A stretch of DNA of 64,000 bases, taken from NCBI RefSeq assembly GCF_009914755.1, contig NC_060943.1, one strand, 5' to 3'. Source of the DNA: the human T2T-CHM13v2.0 reference genome, Homo sapiens. The notes under the pieces were generated by a model. It was not told the DNA's origin. It did not search any database and worked only from the letters and a program-made list of their open reading frames with translations. Of the stretch, positions 60,270 through 64,000 are shown piece after piece; position 1 is the stretch's first letter; each line of letters starts with the position of its first letter. Both the position numbers and the translations under genes were made by a program.

Positions 60270-60527
60270 AGGAGGTAGGCCCAAAGTATTGGATTTAATT
60301 TTTTCCTTTCTCCTTTTACATACAGGGAAGTCTTTCTCTCTTTTTCTCTTTCTCTCTCTTTCTCTCTCTCTCCTCCCCTCCCCCCAACCCAGGGCCACTT
60401 TTTGATGAAACTGAAAGGTTTCCACGTGCAAGTGCCTGACTACCACCTCACAGTTTGGGTGAGGGACCTGAGACCTTTTGTCTGTTTGTTTTTCTGAGTC
60501 CTATTGTTTTTGTCCTTTTTCTGAGAC

Positions 60528-62658
60528 TGTGTCCGGAATTGGTGGGTTCTTGGTCTCACTGACTTCAACAATGAAGCCGCGGACCCTCGTGGTGAGTGTT
60601 ACAGCTCTTAAGGTGGCGCGTCTGGAGTTTGTTCCTTCTGATGTTCAGATGTGTTCGGAGTTTCTTCCTTCTGGTGGGTTCGTGGTCTCGCTGGCTCAGG
60701 AGTGAAGCTGCAGACCTTCGCGGTGAGTGTTACAGCTCTTAAGGCAGTGCATCTTGAGTTGTTCGTTCCTCCCGGTGGGCTCGTGGTGTCACTGGCTTCA
60801 GGAGTGAAGCTGCAGATCTTCACGGTGAGTGTTACAGCTCATAAAAGCAGTGTGGACCCAAAAAGTGAGCAGTAGCAAGATTTATTGCAAAGAGCTAAAG
60901 AACAAAGCTTCCACACTGTGGAAGGGGACCCCAGCGGGTTGCCACTGCTGGCTCAGGCAGCCTGCTTTTATTGTCTTATCTGGCCCCACCCACATCCTGC
61001 TGATTGGTAGAGCCAAGTGGTCTGCTTTGACAGGGCGCTGATTGGTGCCTTTACAATCCCTGAGCTAGACACAAAGGTTCTCCACGTCCCCAGCAGATTA
61101 GTTACATACAGAGTATCGACACAAAGGTTCTCCAAGGCCCCACCAGAGTAGCTAGATAGAGTGTCGATTGGTGCACTCACAAACCCTGAGCTAGACATAA
61201 ATGTTCTCCAAGGCCCCACCAGAGCAGCTAGATACAGAGTGTCAATTGGTGCACTCACAAACCTTGAGCTAAACACAGGGTGCTGATTGGAGTGTTTACA
61301 AACCTTGAGCTAGATACAGAGTGCCGACTGGTGTGTTTACAATCCCTGAGCTAGACATAAAGGTTCTCCAAGGCCCCACCAGAGCAGCTAGATACAGTGT
61401 CAACTGGTGCACTCACAAACCCTGAGCTAGACACAGGGTGCTGATTGGTGTGTTTACAAACCTTGAGCTAGATACAGAGTGCCGACTGGTGTATTTACAA
61501 TCCCTGAGCTAGACGTAAAAGTTCTCCAAGGCCCCACCAGAGCAGCTAGACACAGAGTGTCGACTGGTGCACTCATAAACCCTGAGCTAGACACAGGGTG
61601 CTGATTGGTGTGTTTACAATCCCTGAGCTAGACATAAAGGTTCTCCAAGGCCCCACCAGAGCAGCTAGATACAGTGTCAACTGGTGCACTCACAAACCCT
61701 GAGGAGCTAGACACAGGGTGCTGATTGGTGTTTACAAACCTTGAGCTAGATACAGAGTGCCGATTGGTGTATTTACAATCCCTGAGATAGACACAGGGTG
61801 CTCCAAGGCCCCACCAAAGCAGCTAGGTACAGAGTGTCGATTGGTGCACTCACAAACCCTGAGCTAGACACAGGGTGCTCCAAGGCCCCACCAAAGCAGC
61901 TAGATACAGAGTGTCGATTGGTGCACTCACAAACCCTGAGCTAGACACAGGGTGCTGATTGGTGTGTTTACAATCCCTGAGCTAGACATACTCTCCACGT
62001 ACCCACCAGACTCAGGAGCCCAGCTGGCTTCACCCAGTGGATGCCGCACCGGGGCTGCAGGTGGAGTGCCTGCCAGTCCTGCGCCATGCGCTCGCACTCC
62101 TCAGCCCTTAGGTGGTCGATGGGACTGGGCGCCGTGGAGCAGGGAGCGGCATCCGTCAGGGAGGATAGGGCTGCACAGGAACCCACGGAGGCGAGGGAAG
62201 ACTCAGGCATGGCAGACTGCAGTCCCGAGGCCTGCCCCACGGGAAGGCAGCTAAGGCCCGGCGAGAAATCGAGCGCAGCGCCAGTGGGCTGGCACTGCTG
62301 GGGGACCCAGTACACCCTCCGCAGCCGCTGGCCCGGGTGCTAAGTCCCTCATTGCCCGGGGCGGGCAGGGCCGGCCAGGGGCTCCGAGTGCGAGGCCCGC
62401 CAAGCCCACACCCACCCGGAACTCCAGCTGGCCCGCAAGCACCGCACGCAGCCCCGGTTCCCGCTCGCGCCTCTCCCTCCACAACTCCCTACAAGCTGAG
62501 GGAGTCGGCTACGGCCTTGGCCAGCCCAGAAAGGGGCTCCCACAGTGCAGCGGTGGGCTGAAGGGCTCCTCAAGTGCCGCCAAAGTAGGAGCCCAGGCAG
62601 AGGAGGCGCCGAGAGCAAGCGAGAGCTGTGAGGACTGCCAGCACGCTGTCACCTCTCA
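60528..62658 (-). mobile_element. LTR12C (ERV9) solo LTR, 2131 bp, expanded U3 repeat array
   Basis: Minus strand TGAGAGGTGACAGCGTGCTGGC...CCAATTCCGGACACA. 4-bp TSD agac at 60524-60527 and 62659-62662. CpG-rich 5' part. Confidence 0.95.
61035..61990 (-). repeat. LTR12 U3 tandem repeat array with ~40-bp subunits and about 12 CCAAT boxes
   Basis: Repeated gattggtg..tacaa(t/a)ccctgagctagacac/gatacagagtg. Confidence 0.9.
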
Positions 62659-63157
62659 AGACCTTTTCCTTTTCTCCTTTTTCAGTCTTTCAGCAGCCAT
62701 TTTCTAGTAGATGTTGGTAATTGAGTGGAACTAGCCAGAGCCACTCTGATGTTCTCTGAAGGCCAATGAGCAAACAGGGCTGCCTGTCCTGCCCAGAAGG
62801 GGGAAAGATTTTCTATCCTTTCTGGTTATAGTCCCTTACCCCTACATATGACACCGTTGGCAGCGGGCAGTTCGCCCAGGGTGAACTCACATGTTTCAGG
62901 TGACTTAAACCTTCTTTTCTTTTCTTATGCTAAATTCTTCCCTTCCCCCACTCAACTAGCTATGAACAGAAAACCCACCTAGCTATGCAAAAAGGTTATA
63001 CAAGTCAGAGGGTCCAAGCATGTTGCAGGTGGTCTGTGAGGTGCACGGTGGTGGGGGGGTGGGGGAGCTTATGAAAGGAAATGTATTATTGCTGAAGTTG
63101 AGAGAGTTAAAGGGTTGCTTTAAATGGGATAGATAAACCTTTAAAAAAGCTCATAGT

Positions 63158-63441
63158 AGTCCGGGCGCGGTGGCTCATGCCTGTAATCCCAGCACTTTGA
63201 GATGCTGAGGCGGACAGATCATAAGGTCAGGAGTTCGAGACCTGCCTGACCAACTAAAACTACAGAAAAATTAGTCTTGCATTGTGGCACGCACCTGTAA
63301 TGCCAGCTACTCAGGAGGCTGAGGCAGGAGAATCGCTTGAATCCAGGAGGCAGAGGTTGCAGTGAGCCAAGATCATGCCACTGCACTCCAGCCTGGACAA
63401 CAGAGCAAGACTCTGTCTCAAAAAAAAATTAAAAAAAAAAA
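63158..63441 (+). mobile_element. AluS with internal deletion, nested in the ERV leader
   Basis: TSD ctcatagtag. Missing atggtgaaaccccgtctct. Confidence 0.85.
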
Positions 63442-63707
63442 CAACACCTCATAGTAGGTCATCAGTGGTGGAGGGAACCATTCTAAAGTTGTGCTGGCAC
63501 CTATCTAAGGTCAGAGCCATCTGACAGACTAAGTATGGGGCCTAAAGAGGGGATGTTCCCAGAGACCCCAGTCTGGGCCAAGAAGTTTTCCAGGGAGATG
63601 CCCCAGGAAAAATTTGGGTCACCTAATGAGCCCTCTACTTTGCAAAGTCCTCTTCTTTTTTCTAGACCACTATGAGCAACTCTTAATCTATTTCACCTGA
63701 TTCCACT

Positions 63708-64000
63708 GTGGGGAACTCTATTTCCAATTCTGATTCCCTGCTTGGCTATATCTTCCATCATTAGAATCAATTTGACCCTGACAATCTAACAAGAAAATGT
63801 ATAATATTTTTCTGCAATACTGTCTGGCCCTATTATGAGCTGCTCAGTTCAGAACACTGGGCAGTCAATGGTAGCATTAATTATGACACTATCCTGCAAT
63901 CAGGCCTATTTTGCAAGAGGCAGGGCAAATGGTCAGAAATCTCCTATGTACAGCCCTTCATGACCCTATATCAAAACCTAACAATCTGTGAAACTCCCAG
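63708..64000 (+). pseudogene. Endogenous retroviral gag (matrix) relic, HERV-W/H/ERV9-like
   Basis: Hand translation: GNSISNSDSLLGYIFHH*NQFDPDNLTRKCIIFFCNTVWPYY..WAVNGSINYDTILQSGLFCKRQGKWSEISYVQPFMTL, with an internal stop. Confidence 0.8.

Larger units (their letters stand above)
60247..64000 (+). mobile_element. ERV1 internal region (MER51-int-like leader and gag start), interrupted by LTR12C and an Alu; continues off the right edge
   Basis: PBS, pyrimidine-rich leader continuous across the LTR12C TSD, and gag-like coding from 63708. Confidence 0.75.

Noticed and set aside
61035-61990. CRISPR-like array of regularly spaced repeats
   Set aside because: No unique spacers and no cas genes. 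It is the LTR12 U3 tandem repeat in primate DNA.
61952-62618. GC-rich overlapping ORFs and a CpG island-like stretch suggesting the ZNF675 promoter or exon 1
   Set aside because: Lies wholly within LTR12C U3. No ZNF91-type exon 1 ending in ATG|GT was found in the window.

Overview
Human-like primate genomic DNA from a KRAB zinc-finger cluster, recognised from the protein as ZNF675 at 19p12. The only intact protein-coding sequence is three minus-strand exons of ZNF675: KRAB-A (56597-56723), KRAB-B (55680-55775) and the zinc-finger exon (CDS 46750-48230). Adding the ATG from exon 1, which lies beyond the right edge, gives 568 aa. Most of the rest is transposable element: two full-length dead L1s (L1PA4-6-like 6932-13160; L1PB-like ~25595-32935), the 5' part of a third L1, about 45 Alus, a MER11 solo LTR, an MST LTR, a Tigger3, and a MER51-type provirus carrying a nested, expanded LTR12C in ZNF675 intron 1. 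Unexplained structure found by reading the sequence: (1) a 101-bp alpha-satellite fragment patched into an intronic Alu with microhomology junctions; (2) a ~290-bp MIR-bearing fragment inside a much younger L1PB, beside a perfect 124-bp AT-rich palindrome; (3) an old inverted duplication with arms ~4.6-15.1 kb and ~34.2-41.6 kb that includes unique sequence; (4) a sense-oriented LTR12C that could produce a KRAB-less ZNF675. I see no new multi-gene system; the novel signals are repair/capture scars and TE-KZFP regulatory hypotheses. Repeat subfamily calls are from memory of consensus sequences and boundaries are approximate unless a TSD is given.
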